NCBI RefSeq assembly: GCF_000143415.4 | Contig: NW_003314278.1 | Coordinates: 1,624,362 to 1,688,361 of the forward strand | Origin: Selaginella moellendorffii | Lineage: Eukaryota; Plantae; Lycopodiophyta | Direction of reading: 5' to 3' | DNA length: 64,000 bases | In this document: in pieces, positions 12,467 through 23,827 of the stretch | How positions within the stretch are numbered: the first letter of the stretch is position 1 | Layout: the number at the start of each line of letters is the position of its first letter | The notes under the pieces: generated by a model | Databases searched by the model: none | Told to the model about the DNA's origin: nothing | The model's input: the letters and a program-made list of their open reading frames with translations, nothing else | Position numbers and translations under genes: made by a program

Positions 12467-13269
12467 TGTGGACGATCAGAATGCTTGCTTTCGCCCGCTT
12501 TTGTGGGTATTTTATAGTCAGCTGGTCCTGGAGAAAAACGTGCCTGTACGAAAGGTGAGCGATGACTGTCAGGTGTCTCCTATTGTGGGCTCTACTTGAC
12601 TTTCGTGTGCTCGGTATTACAGGCGATTGGCAGCCCAGTCAAGAAAGTACCAGAGTTCAATATGGGATGCAACTACGAAACTACTGAAAAGAACGGGTGA
12701 AACTTCGATTGTCATAGGCTTGTGGAAGGTCTTCTCAAAACCCGACTGGAAATTCGCACTACTTGGCCATCTACCAGGAGATTCGGGCGGCTCAAGCACA
12801 AGAGAGTGTAGAGAGAGAGTAGGAGGTAGAGATGATCCTTCTTCTTCTTAGTGGTCTTATGCTTCAAAAGCATAAGACTCCAAAAGCATGTATTGAAAGC
12901 ACATGCCTAAAGTGGGCAACTTTGAGGAGACTTTACAAACTTTCCTGTCAAGGACGTAATATTCTGGACCACCATACAGCATTTTCCCGCATCTTGATCA
13001 ATCACGCAAGATCTTTGAGGAAATGAACACTGCATCCTGGAACGCTGGCTATTCCCGTTGTTGAGAGAAGTTTTTTGTTCAAATCAGACCAGAACCTATT
13101 ATAACAAGAAACAGAACTACCACTCAGCATCCGTCCAACCTCAATGCAACATTTATAAGCAAAGAGAAATAAGGATACTGCGCAGGTACATATGGCTTCA
13201 TCAAAGTCATGAGGTATTCTCTTAAAACAGAAGTAAAACTTATAGCTGAAGCATGGTATATAAAGCCAA

Positions 13270-14740
13270 TAATGTGAAAGGTAGCATTTTGGGCAGCTAA
13301 GTTGGACAACAGAACATACATGGTATCCACAGGGGATGACCTCAGTGAAGAAGCTAGAGCAGCATTTCTGGAGGAGTTTAAAAGAGCAGTGTAGGCAACA
13401 TGGTTGGCTGTGGAGCAGCTCTTGGGCCTCTGGGATCTTGCCGGGGCGACCAAGGATGGAGCGAGCAAGCCTGGCGATGAGAATTGGCATCGGGCACACG
13501 CCATCCTCTTGTAAAGATCCAAGGCTTCTACAGCATGAGCGTTTTTGGCATAGCCATGAAGCATTGCGTTCCAGGAAACAGTGTTCCTCTCCGGCATTGT
13601 CTCAAAGATCTTGCGTTCGAGACGCCCAAACTGCAAACATGCTGCTGCCATGGCCTTGACAGGGATCGCGCTCCTCAATTTGGCCAACTTGGGCATGTGC
13701 TGCATGAACAAGTTCCAGGCCAGTGGTTTCTCTGAGGGCAAGGTTTTGAGAAGATTTTGTGCTTCTTCCAAGCTATCGTTTATATCATCAAAGCCCAAGA
13801 CATTCCATTTTATCTTGGAATCGAATATTTCGCGCGCTGCCATAGCACGCAAGCATGGCGTTCCAGGTGACCACGTTTCGATCCCTGGCCCCGTCAAATA
13901 CTTCCTTCTTTTAAATGCCCGCCGCGAGACGAGGATCATCCAGGAGACGACGCTCCACGCCGGCATTGCGTGGAACAATCGCAAGGTTTCGTCCACCAGG
14001 CCTCGCTCGGCGTGCGCCTTGCATGGCGCTGTTCCACGCCACGACGTCCAGTTCCGGTATTCGATCGAAGAAGAGCTCGAAGGTACGCTTGGAGCATTGC
14101 GTTCCAGGAGAAGATATCGCGGCAAGGCATGGCGCAAACAGGGAGTTCGCTTCTTGGAGCTAGCTGTGCTCGGCGTAGGCCTCGACCGCCATGTTCCAAG
14201 AAACCAGGCCCCGCGTTGGAGCGCTGTCGAAGAGGTTCTTGGCAGTGTGGAGATTTCCCGATCTGGCATGGCGGCGATCATGATATTCCAGGCGATCACA
14301 TCCTTCCCGGGCATAATCTCAAACAAGAACATTTCCTTGTCGATCTCCCAGCTCCTCGCGTGCGTGACGAGCATCGCGGTCCATGAAACCACATCTCTCC
14401 TCGGCATTCTCTTGAAGAAATGTCTCACCATGGCCAGATTTCCCTCCGCGGCATACCTCTGTGCCAAGATGTTCCAGGACACTTGATCCTTCTCCGGCAT
14501 CGCGTCAAACAGTAAGGTCGCTTGATCCAGGTCTCCACTCTGGTCTCCACTTTGCGTGTAAGCTGTGTTCTAGGCCACAACATTCCGCTGTGGCATCCGA
14601 TCGCACATCCGCCGGCCCGCCTCCAAATGCCTGGATCTCGCTAGCGGTTCTACGATCACGGTCTCGGCAATCACGGCCTTGTATGGCATCCCAAGCGACT
14701 CCGCTTCCACGCAGGCCGCGATCATCAACGTCCACGACAC
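13270..14740 (-). pseudogene. PPR pseudogene, a multiply deleted and frameshifted copy of 19922-21991
   Basis: Blocks such as MPEKDQVSWNILAQ, HAERGLVDETLRLF and MPERNTVSW match the parent but are separated by out-of-frame sequence. Confidence 0.85.
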
Positions 14741-15259
14741 AATATAACTACTACAACAGTCTCCTTTTTGGTCTCCCGTCACCTGTCTATTTTACTGCCA
14801 TGCCAAATTTCTCGTTTTGGTTTCCAGGTTCTTTGTGCAGGCGAAGTTCCGACTTCCAAGTGCCAGTGAGTGCTTCCAGGTTTTGGCCTTTAAAATCCAT
14901 TAGTCCTTTAAAAACCTTTGGGCAGGAACTCAACTTGCATCTTGTAAAATGGAACGCAGAAACCACACAAAATGCATGAACTTTGGCTAAAAACTGCGTC
15001 TCCCCGACTACTGAGAAAACCTTCTAATTGTAGTATTCTTAGAGGGCCGTGTGCAGCTGTTTCTGCATCTTTTGTTTTTGCATAAGAGCCCACAACAACA
15101 AAGAGCCTGATTATAAGGACTGCATTTGCAGCAACCCCTCATGCAATGGCGAGCTCTAGAAACTCATTCCATGAGATGGTTTGGAAATTGGAACTTGAGA
15201 AAGGCAGCATGAGCATTTCCTCATGAAACCTTATTAAAACAGCACCAAAGGAACAGGGT

Positions 15260-16140
15260 TAAAAATTGACCACTAATTACTTGAATAATAATGCTTATTA
15301 TTATTAATTATTAAAATTTTATAATTATAAACATATTTATAATTTATAAACACTGATATAGGAATACAAGAATGAATGGACCAAATTAAGTCTTAAATGG
15401 ACGACTTATAACACAAAATTAATTTTATTTAAAATAAACTAGGATATACTAGGAAGTGTTAAGGAAAAATTATAATTTATAAATAGAAGATAAATCTAAA
15501 TGAATACCAATTTGTTAGATGGTAAAATATTCTAAAATATTCAAGCATATTCTAGATATAAATTTTATAACTAAAAACCTTTTTATACAACTAATCATAT
15601 ATATTTGTATATATCTGTTATAGGTGAAGCAGTTACAACTACTTCTAATGCTCCAAGGTGTGTCCCATTTTACTACTTACACTCAAGTTAAACTTTTGAC
15701 CTATTAAGAAAAAATAGAAACAAACTACAAGTAAAAAAGATTTTTATTCTGGCTTAGTTAATGCATTAGAAGAAGAAAGCCAACAATCAATTCCTGAACA
15801 AGTTAAATTGCTAATCAGAAAATGGAGATTCAATAAGGATTGATACATCTTTGGGTTAGAGATCCTACAGGTAAAAGTTTTATATTACAACTAGTTGATT
15901 TAAGATTTTGTATTCAATACATTCATAAAATGTTTGTAGTCACATGACTAATAATAAAAACTTGGCAGTCAAAAAGAAATTCAATTTTTAACCCTGCATG
16001 ATGGTTGGATAGAAAATCCAATCCATTGCAAATGTATGTTAAGGCACCTAGTCTGCCTGCTACAAATTGATTGCATAAAGTACGTAGCAAAGACGAACCT
16101 CCTCAAAGTCCACTCGGCAGTGTGGAAACTTTGAGCATTC
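15260..16140. repeat. AT-rich repeat block (related copies at ~18085-18870 and partly at ~42490-43100)
   Basis: Shared strings aaaaattgaccactaattac, ataaacatatttataatttataaac, ttagatggta-aatat-cta-aatat-caagcatattctag, gatcctacaggtaaaagttttatattacaactagttgatt. Confidence 0.7.
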
Positions 16141-16181
16141 TTTTTATTTACGTAACCTTATGGAACATCTTGTTGCACCGT

Positions 16182-16541
16182 TCAAGGTCTAGACGGGGAT
16201 GTTCCCCAAGGAGGTAAATAATTGTCCCCCACGCAGAAGATTTCTCCATTACGAATGAGAGCGCATCTACCACCTCTGTACTGCTGCCTGATGGTGCAGC
16301 AATTCTCACAGTGTTCCGGGAATAGTACATCGCCGCATCGGAGGATAGAGTCGGAAAGGCATTCCTTCGTGCAAGCTGCAGGAAACACGTTTAGCGAACC
16401 CCCATGAAATGGAGACTCGACTCAGATGAATAAAGATCGCTGGATTCAGCATTTTGCTTCCTTACCTTGAGCTTCTGTTTTTCCCAGCAGCACCAGCAGA
16501 GCTGCGAGCAGTAAGCAGAGCGAAAATAAGTGAGACCTCAT
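16182..16541 (-). CDS. Pin-II-like proteinase inhibitor, copy 3 (exons 16541-16466, 16375-16182; loop CTKEC)
   Basis: Intact signal-peptide exon, GT-AG intron and 8-Cys domain; 89 aa. Confidence 0.8.
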
Positions 16542-17241
16542 TGTGGACGGCGAGGAGTAACAAGCGTTGCTTGAATGCTTGCTTTCGTGGGGAGTTTATA
16601 GTCAGCTGGATTTTCTGCTGGATAGAAAGTCCCTGGCCGGTGCTTCTCTAGTGACGTGTTTGTATATTTGCGCTCCGGGTTTAGCTTGCCGTACACGGAA
16701 AGCGCATCGACGAAAGGTGAGCGATGACTACGTCTTATTTTGTGGGCTTATCCTGATTTTCGTGTACTCGGTGTTCTTGGTAGCCCAGTCAAGAAAGTAC
16801 CAGAGTTGAATATGAGATGAAGCTACAGGACGTCAAAGAAACACGTGGAAAGAACGCAAGAAAATTCGATGGTTAGGCTTTTGGAGGAGGCATAAAAAGT
16901 CTCTCAAAACCTGCAACTTGAGGAGATTTTCCAATTTTTCCTGTCAAGGACGTAGTATCCTCGACCCCCATAGCTGCAGCATTTAGGAGCACTGTTTCCT
17001 GGAACGCTATGCTTCACGGCTATTCTGGCGATTCATTGTTATTGAGACAAGTTATTTTTTTCAAACCACCTACTATAACAAAAAACAGAACTAATCTGTA
17101 ACCAATGGAGCATTTACAAGCAAGATTGGAACAACTGCCAAGGGTGTCATTATAGACCAGAAATAAGGATGCTGCACGGGTACTTGCCATCAAAGTCACG
17201 AGAAGGCATCCTTTCAAGGTATTCTCTTAGCTGAATGGGTA

Positions 17242-18030
17242 TTAACAATAGCTGCCGCTAAGTTGGACAGCAGAACATACATGGTATCCACAGGGAACAA
17301 CCTCACTGAAGAAGCTAGAGCAGCATTTATAGAGGAATTTAAAAGAGCAGTGGCCGGCCCGGCCAAGGATGTCGATCATACAGCAGTAGTGATCAATTGT
17401 CTCGGCGATGGAGTGATCGAAGCTCATGGAGGAGAAGTGGTGGATTGCCAGAGCGAGCAAGCCAATGTGGTTACAGGCGATCAAGGTGGCGATGAGAGTG
17501 GTGGCATCGGGCTCTACTCCTTCACACGCCATCCTCTTGTAAAGATCCAAGGTTTCTACAGCGTGGGCGTTCTTGGCATAGCCATGAAGCATTGCGTTCC
17601 AGGAAACAGTGTTCCTCTCCGGCATTGTCTCAAAGATCTTGCGTGATCGATCAAGACGTCCAAACTGCGAAAATGCTGCTGCTATGGCCTTGAGAGGGAT
17701 CGCTCCTCAATTTCCCCATCTTGGGCATGTGCTGCAAGAACAAGTTCCAGGCCAGTGGTTTTTCCGAGGGCAAGGTTTCGAGAAGATTTTGTGCTTCCTC
17801 CAAGCTATCGTTTATATATCATGAAAGCCCAAGATTCCATTTCTCTCACACATGGAATCGAATATTTCACGCGCTGCCATACATGGCGTTCCAGGTGCAC
17901 GTTTCGATCCCTGACCCCGTCAAATCCTTCCCTGGCCTCTGAAATGCCCGCCACGCCCTAGCGCCGAGACGAGGATCGTCCAGGAGAAGAGGTTCCACGC
18001 CAGGCCTCGCTCGGCGTGCGCTTGGACGTC
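17242..18030 (-). pseudogene. PPR 3' fragment with internal deletions
   Basis: Matches the parent PPR C-terminal half, with a deletion after ILGRAG. Confidence 0.85.
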
Positions 18031-18900
18031 CCGACTTCCAAGTGCCAGTGGTGCTTCCAGGTTTTGGTATAAAATCTTTCGGCCTAAAAATTGACCACTA
18101 ATTACTTTTTATAGTCAAATACTATTATTATTAATCCAATCAACTGGAAGTTTATAATCATAAATATATTTATAATTTTATAAACACAAATTTAATCTTG
18201 TTAAATAACTTTATCCGTCCACTCCCAAAATGTAAGAAACTTGCTGTGTGTTGCATGCAGCAACACTTGTTTGCTTAATAGTACCAAAAATACTAGAAAC
18301 CAATTATAAACATGTTTATAATTATAAATAAAATATTAATCTAGATTGTAGAATATTTTATCAAATATATTCTAGATATATCCACTAAATTGTAAAACTA
18401 AACATACAACTAAAGTATATACCTGTTATAGGTGAAACAAATACATGTGTAGTCTAAACTTTTGATGTATTAGGAAGAAATAGAAACAAACCACAAGTAA
18501 AAAAAGTCAAAATAAATTTTATTTTGGCTTGGCTACTGCATTACAAGCTATTTCACTAGCAGAAGAAGAAAGTCAGCAATTGATGCCTGAGGAAGTTAAA
18601 TTATTAATCAGAAAACGGACATCTAATAAGGATATTGATACATTTTTGTGCTCAACTTGTGAAAGATCCTACAGGTAAAAGTTTTATATTACAACTAGTT
18701 GATTTTAAATTTTATATTCAAATTTACATTCATAAAACATTTGTAGTCACATCACTAATAAAGTAAACTAGGCTACCTGTTACAAATTGATTGCCTAAAG
18801 TACGTAGTAAGACCAACCTCCTCAAAGTCCACTCGGCAGTGTGGAAACTTTGAGCATTCTCTTTATTTATGTAATCTTATAAAACATCTTGTTGCACCGT

Positions 18901-19241
18901 TCAAGGTCTAGGCGGGGTTGTTCCAAAAGGAGGTGAATAATTGTCCCCCACGCAGATGATTTCTCCATTACGAATTAGAGCGCATCCACCACCATTGTAC
19001 CGCCTGATGGTGCAGCAATTCTGACAGGGTTCCAGGGATACTACATCGCCGCATAGAATGGTAGAGTTGAGAAGGCATTCCTGCGTGCAAACTGCAGAGA
19101 AATACATTTACGTTTAGTGAAATGGAGAACGACTCAAATGAACAAAGAACATTTTGCTTCCTTACTTTGAGCTTCTGTTTTTCCCAGCATCACCAGCAGA
19201 GCTGCGAGCAGTAAGCAGAGCGAAAATAGGTGAGACCTCAT
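18901..19241 (-). CDS. Pin-II-like proteinase inhibitor, copy 4, most divergent (exons 19241-19166, 19091-18901; loop CTQEC)
   Basis: Signal peptide ..VMLGKTEAQ spliced to ICTQECLLNSTILCGDVVSLEPCQNCC..GCALIRNGEIIC; 8 Cys retained. Confidence 0.8.
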
Positions 19242-19921
19242 TGTGGACGACGACGATGCTTGAATGCCTGCTTTCGCGGGGATTTTATACTCAGCTGGAT
19301 TTTCTGCTGGCCTGTGCTTCTCTAGTGACGTGTTTGTATATTTGCGCTCCGGGTTTAGCTTGCCGTACACGGAAAGCGCATCGACCAAAGGTGAGCGATG
19401 ACTATAAGGTTTCTCCGTCTTATTTTGTGGGCTTATCCTGATTTTCGTGTACTCGGTGTTCTTGGTAGCCCAGTCAAGAAAGTACCAGAGTTGAATATGA
19501 GATGAAGCTACAGGGCGTCAAAGAAACAAAACTACATGGAAAGAACGCATGAAAATTCGATTGTCATAAGCTTTTGGAGGAGGCATAAAACGTCTCTCAG
19601 AACCTGAGAACCATTAGCCTGCAACTTGAGGAGATTTCACAAATCTTCCTGTCAAGGAGAGCCCATAGCTGCAGTATTTAGGAGGAACACTGTTTCCTGG
19701 AACGCTATGCTTCACGGCTATTCTGGCTATTGAGAGAAGTTATTTTTTTCAAACCAGGCCAGAACCTACCTATAACCAGAAACAGAACTAAGCTGTCCAA
19801 CCTCTTTTTACAAGCAAAATTAAGGGTCCTTATAGGCCAGAAATAAGGAAGCCTTCAGAGAAGGCATTCCTTCAAGATATTCTGAATGGGTAAATAACAA
19901 TAATTGTCCTATTATCAATAG

Positions 19922-21991
19922 TTAATTGTGAAAAGTAGCATTTTGAGCTGCTAAGTTGGACAGTAGAACATACATGGTATCCACAGGGAACGACCTCACT
20001 GAAGAAGCTAGAGGAGCATTTCTGGAGGAATTTAAAAGAGCAGTGTATGCAACGTGGTTGGCTTGGAATGGCATCGTGTGGAGCAGCTCTTGGGCCTCTA
20101 GTATCTTGCCGGCCCGGCCAAGGATGTCGATCATACAGCAGTAGTGATCAATTGTCTCAGCAATGGAGTGATCGAAGCTCATGGAGGAGAAGTGGTGGAT
20201 TGCCAGAGCGAGCAAGCCAATGTGGTTACAGGCGATCAAGGTGGCGATGAGAGTGGTGGCATCGGGTTCAACTCCTTCACACGCCATCCTCTTGTAAAGA
20301 TCCAAGGTCTCTACAGCATGGGCGTTCTTGGCATAGCCATGAAGCATTGCGTTCCAGGAAACAGTGTTCCTCTCCGGCATTGTCTCAAAGATCTTGCGTG
20401 ATCGATCAAGATGCCCAAACTGCGAAAATGCTGCACCTATGGCGGTCCAGGATACTACGTCCTTGACAGGGATCGCGTGGAATGTCTGTAAAGTCTCCTC
20501 AAGCTGCCCATTTTGGGCATTTGCTGCAAGAACAAAGTTCCAGGCCAGTGGTTTCTCTGATGGCGAGGTTTTGAGAAGAGTTTGCGCTTCCTCCACGCTA
20601 TTGTTTATAAGACACGCTTCTATCATCAAAGCCCACGACATTCCATTTCTCTCGCCCATGGAATCGAATATTTCGCGCGCTCTGTCTAAATTGCCCCTTT
20701 TCCCGCCATAGCACGCAAGCATGGCGTTCCAGGTGACCACGTTTCGATCCCTGGCCCCGTCAAATACTTCCCTGGCATCTTTTAAATGCCCGCCGCGCCC
20801 TAGCGCCGAGACGAGGATCGTCCAGGAGACGACGCTCCACGCCGGCATTGCGTGGAACAATCGCAGGGTTTCGTCCACCAGGCCTCGCTCGGCGTGCGCT
20901 TGCATCGCGCTGTTCCACGCCACGACGTCCAGCTCCGGGATCCGATCGAAGAAGCGCATTCCCTCCTCCAGCCGGTCTGATCGAAGGTACGCTTGGAGCA
21001 TTGCGTTCCAGGAGAAGAGATCGCGGCAGGGCATGGCGTCGAAAAGGGATTTCGCTTCTTGGAGCTGGCCATGCTCGGCAAAGGCCTCGATCGCCGTGTT
21101 CCAAGAAACCAGGTCCCGCGTTGGAGCGCTGTCGAAGAGGTTTTTGGCAGTGTGGAGATTTCCCGATCTGGCAGTGGCGGCGATCATGATGTTCCAGGCG
21201 ATCGCATCCTTCCCGGGCATAATCTCGAACAAGAACATCGCCTCGTCGATCTCCCAGCTGCTGGCGTGCGCGACGAGCATCGCGGTCCAAGAAACCACAT
21301 CTCTCCTCGGCATTCTCTTGAAGAGATCTCTCACCATCGCCAGATTTCCCTCCTCGGCATACGCCTGCGCCAAGATGTTCCAGGACACCTGATCCTTCTC
21401 CGGCATCGCGTCAAACAGTAAGCTCGCTCGATCCAGGTCTCCACTCCGCGCGTAGGCTTCCAACATCGTGTTCCAGGTCACGACATCCCGCTGTGGCATC
21501 CGATCAAACATCCGCCGGCTCGCCTCCAAATGCCCGGATTTCGCGAGCGCTTCCACGATCACGGTCCCGGCAATCACCGCCTTGTATGGCATCCGAGCCA
21601 GCAGCGACTCCGCCTCCTGGATCATGTCCACCCTCGCGTAGGCCGCAATCATCGACGTCCACGACACCTCCGTGCGCTGTGGCATCCGATCAAACACGCC
21701 CTGAGCATCCTCAATATGCCCGTTTCGGGCATACACCTCGAGCAGGATGTTCCAGGAGAAAACGTTGGGCTCACGGATGGATTCAAACACCGCCACTGCC
21801 AGTTCCAAGTCACGGCACTTGCCATACATCTCCACCAGCAGGTTTCTCAGGTAGCGATTGTGGCTCTGCACACTCTTGTCGACGAGCTTGTGGATCCATC
21901 GTCCCTGTGCCAGAGTTCTAGCATCACGGATCGACCGAGCCAGCTGGGTAACCAGAGCTTCATCTCTAGAGGTAAGAATTGTTACTAGCAT
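19922..21991 (-). CDS. PLS-class PPR protein (long run of ~31-aa repeats, E-like end, no DYW)
   Basis: 689-aa intronless ORF: LVEMYGKC, repeated FDRMPxRDVVSW, HYCCMIDILGRAG. Confidence 0.92.
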   Translation of the reverse strand: MLVTILTSRDEALVTQLARSIRDARTLAQGRWIHKLVDKSVQSHNRYLRNLLVEMYGKCRDLELAVAVFESIREPNVFSWNILLEVYARNGHIEDAQGVFDRMPQRTEVSWTSMIAAYARVDMIQEAESLLARMPYKAVIAGTVIVEALAKSGHLEASRRMFDRMPQRDVVTWNTMLEAYARSGDLDRASLLFDAMPEKDQVSWNILAQAYAEEGNLAMVRDLFKRMPRRDVVSWTAMLVAHASSWEIDEAMFLFEIMPGKDAIAWNIMIAATARSGNLHTAKNLFDSAPTRDLVSWNTAIEAFAEHGQLQEAKSLFDAMPCRDLFSWNAMLQAYLRSDRLEEGMRFFDRIPELDVVAWNSAMQAHAERGLVDETLRLFHAMPAWSVVSWTILVSALGRGGHLKDAREVFDGARDRNVVTWNAMLACYGGKRGNLDRAREIFDSMGERNGMSWALMIEACLINNSVEEAQTLLKTSPSEKPLAWNFVLAANAQNGQLEETLQTFHAIPVKDVVSWTAIGAAFSQFGHLDRSRKIFETMPERNTVSWNAMLHGYAKNAHAVETLDLYKRMACEGVEPDATTLIATLIACNHIGLLALAIHHFSSMSFDHSIAETIDHYCCMIDILGRAGKILEAQELLHTMPFQANHVAYTALLNSSRNAPLASSVRSFPVDTMYVLLSNLAAQNATFHN

Positions 21992-22273
21992 TCACAGTGG
22001 TGTGACAGTGGGACGAAGGTGGCAACAAGGAAATTGGCAAATTGGACCTTTTGCCTTTTGGGGTTGTGAAAAGGTTTTGGCTTAGGAATGGCAACTTTGC
22101 AGGGGTCAGAAGAATGGCATTGGTTGAAAGGAAGTTTTGGATACACTAATGATATAGCAAGGATGGAAACCGACATTTCGAAAAAGTTCACTATAAAAGA
22201 AAAAAATGCAATAATAGAAACAAAGAAAGCTAGATCTTGGGGTGGTTTGTGTTTAATCCACTAGCTCTTTGCT

Positions 22274-23767
22274 ATGTCGGTGGACAGTAGGAATGAAGTT
22301 CATATGGTGGTGCTTCCATATCCTGCACTAGGCCATCTTCTTCCCTTGATCCATCTTGCAACAAAACTGGCTACAACAGGGATCATCGTCACACTGCTCA
22401 ATGTGAACAGCATCCATGAGAACCTCTCCCGGCAGTGGAGGTGCCCGGATGGGATGGATATCAGACTGGAGCAAGTGCATTGTGACATCTTCATTCCTTA
22501 TGGCATCGATGCCAAGGCACTGAAAGACACGGACGGGCTGCTCGAGTCTCTGGAGAGGTTGCAAGCTCCAGTAGAGGAGCTGGTGAGGGAGATGCAACCG
22601 CCTCCATGCTGCATCATTTCCGACTATTTCATGCGCTGGGCGGTGGGAATCACAAAGAAACTTGGCCTCAAAGTCGTCACGTTTTGGCCTGGAAATGCTG
22701 CCTGGAGCTCCATCCACCACCACACTCAAATGCTCGTCTCCAGTGGGGACGCGTTCCAAGGTCAGCTACAAAACTAGATTTTTTTTTTTCTTGCATGATT
22801 TTGATCGAGCAATCTAGGCCTCGACGAGAACAAGCTCATTCGCTACGTCCCAGGTCTCGACGCTTTCAAGTGCCGCCACCTCCCGAGCTACTTCCGGAGG
22901 AAGCTGGTAGGATTCATTCTTGAATTTTTTAGTGTCTCAGCAGACCGCATGAAGGATGCCGACTGGATCCTGGTGAACTCCATCTCGGAGCTGGAGACCC
23001 ACGCCTTCGATGCGATGCAGGGAGCTCTGGCCAACAAGAACTTCGTGTCTGTGGGTCCGCTCTTCCCATGCCACACCAGCCCGCGGGTGAGCCTCCGCGA
23101 CGAGAAGAGCGAGTGCCTGGAATGGCTCCACACCCAGGCCACAAGCTCTGTGCTCTACATCTCGTTCGGGAGCTTGTGCCTGTTTCCCGAGCGCCAGATC
23201 GTGGAGCTCGCGGCCGGGCTGGAGGCGAGCAAGCAGCCGTTCCTCTGGGCGGACGTCCGGCACGAGTTCGTCAGCAGCGAAGCTCTCCGGGGCTTCGCCG
23301 AGCGATCGAGGCCGAGGGGGATGGTGGTCTCCTGGGCGCCGCAGCTCCAGGTCCTGGCACACCACTCCATCGCCGGATTCCTCTCCCACTGCGGCTGGAA
23401 CTCGGTCCTGGAGAGCATCTTCTATGGCGTGCCACTGCTGGGCTGGCCGTGCCACACCGAGCAGAGCATGAATTGCAAGCTCGTGGAGGACTGGAAGATC
23501 GGGCGGCGGCTCTCGGATGATCAGGACGTGGCGCGCGGGCGAGTGGAGGAGGTAATCCGGGATTTCTTGGAAGGGCAGGGCATGGGCGAGATCCGGGCCA
23601 GAATGGCGGCGCTCAGGAGCACGGTGCGCTCCACGACCGACCAAGGGGGAACCTCTCACGGAAACCTCAAGAGATTCGTTGACGCGGTCAATGTGTCCGC
23701 CATAGCTGGCACCACTTGGCATGGCACGAGCCGCCCATGTGGCAGCCCTAAGAACGACGCCACGTAG
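22274..23767 (+). CDS. UDP-glycosyltransferase (family 1); exons 22274-22760, 22818-23767
   Basis: PYPALGH catalytic His, CIISD, PSPG box WAPQLQVLAH..FLSHCGWNS..EQ; GT-AG phase-1 intron. Confidence 0.93.
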
Positions 23768-23827
23768 CCAAAGCCACGTGGCTGTTCAGTTTGTTTTAGT
23801 AACGGGGTTAATTAACTTTAACCATTG

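Larger units (their letters stand above)
7697..21991. repeat. Tandem segmental duplication array, four units, each with a Pin-II gene, an inverted PPR fragment, an Hsp33-tail-like remnant and a PPR 3' part
   Basis: 7713-8560 is nearly identical to 10751-11580. Blocks recur at ~9050/12100/16150/18870, and PPR 3' ends recur at 10164, 13270, 17242 and 19922. Confidence 0.9.

Noticed and set aside
13124-14500. 458-aa ORF as a functional PPR
   Set aside because: It drifts in and out of the PPR frame through multiple deletions, so it is a pseudogene.
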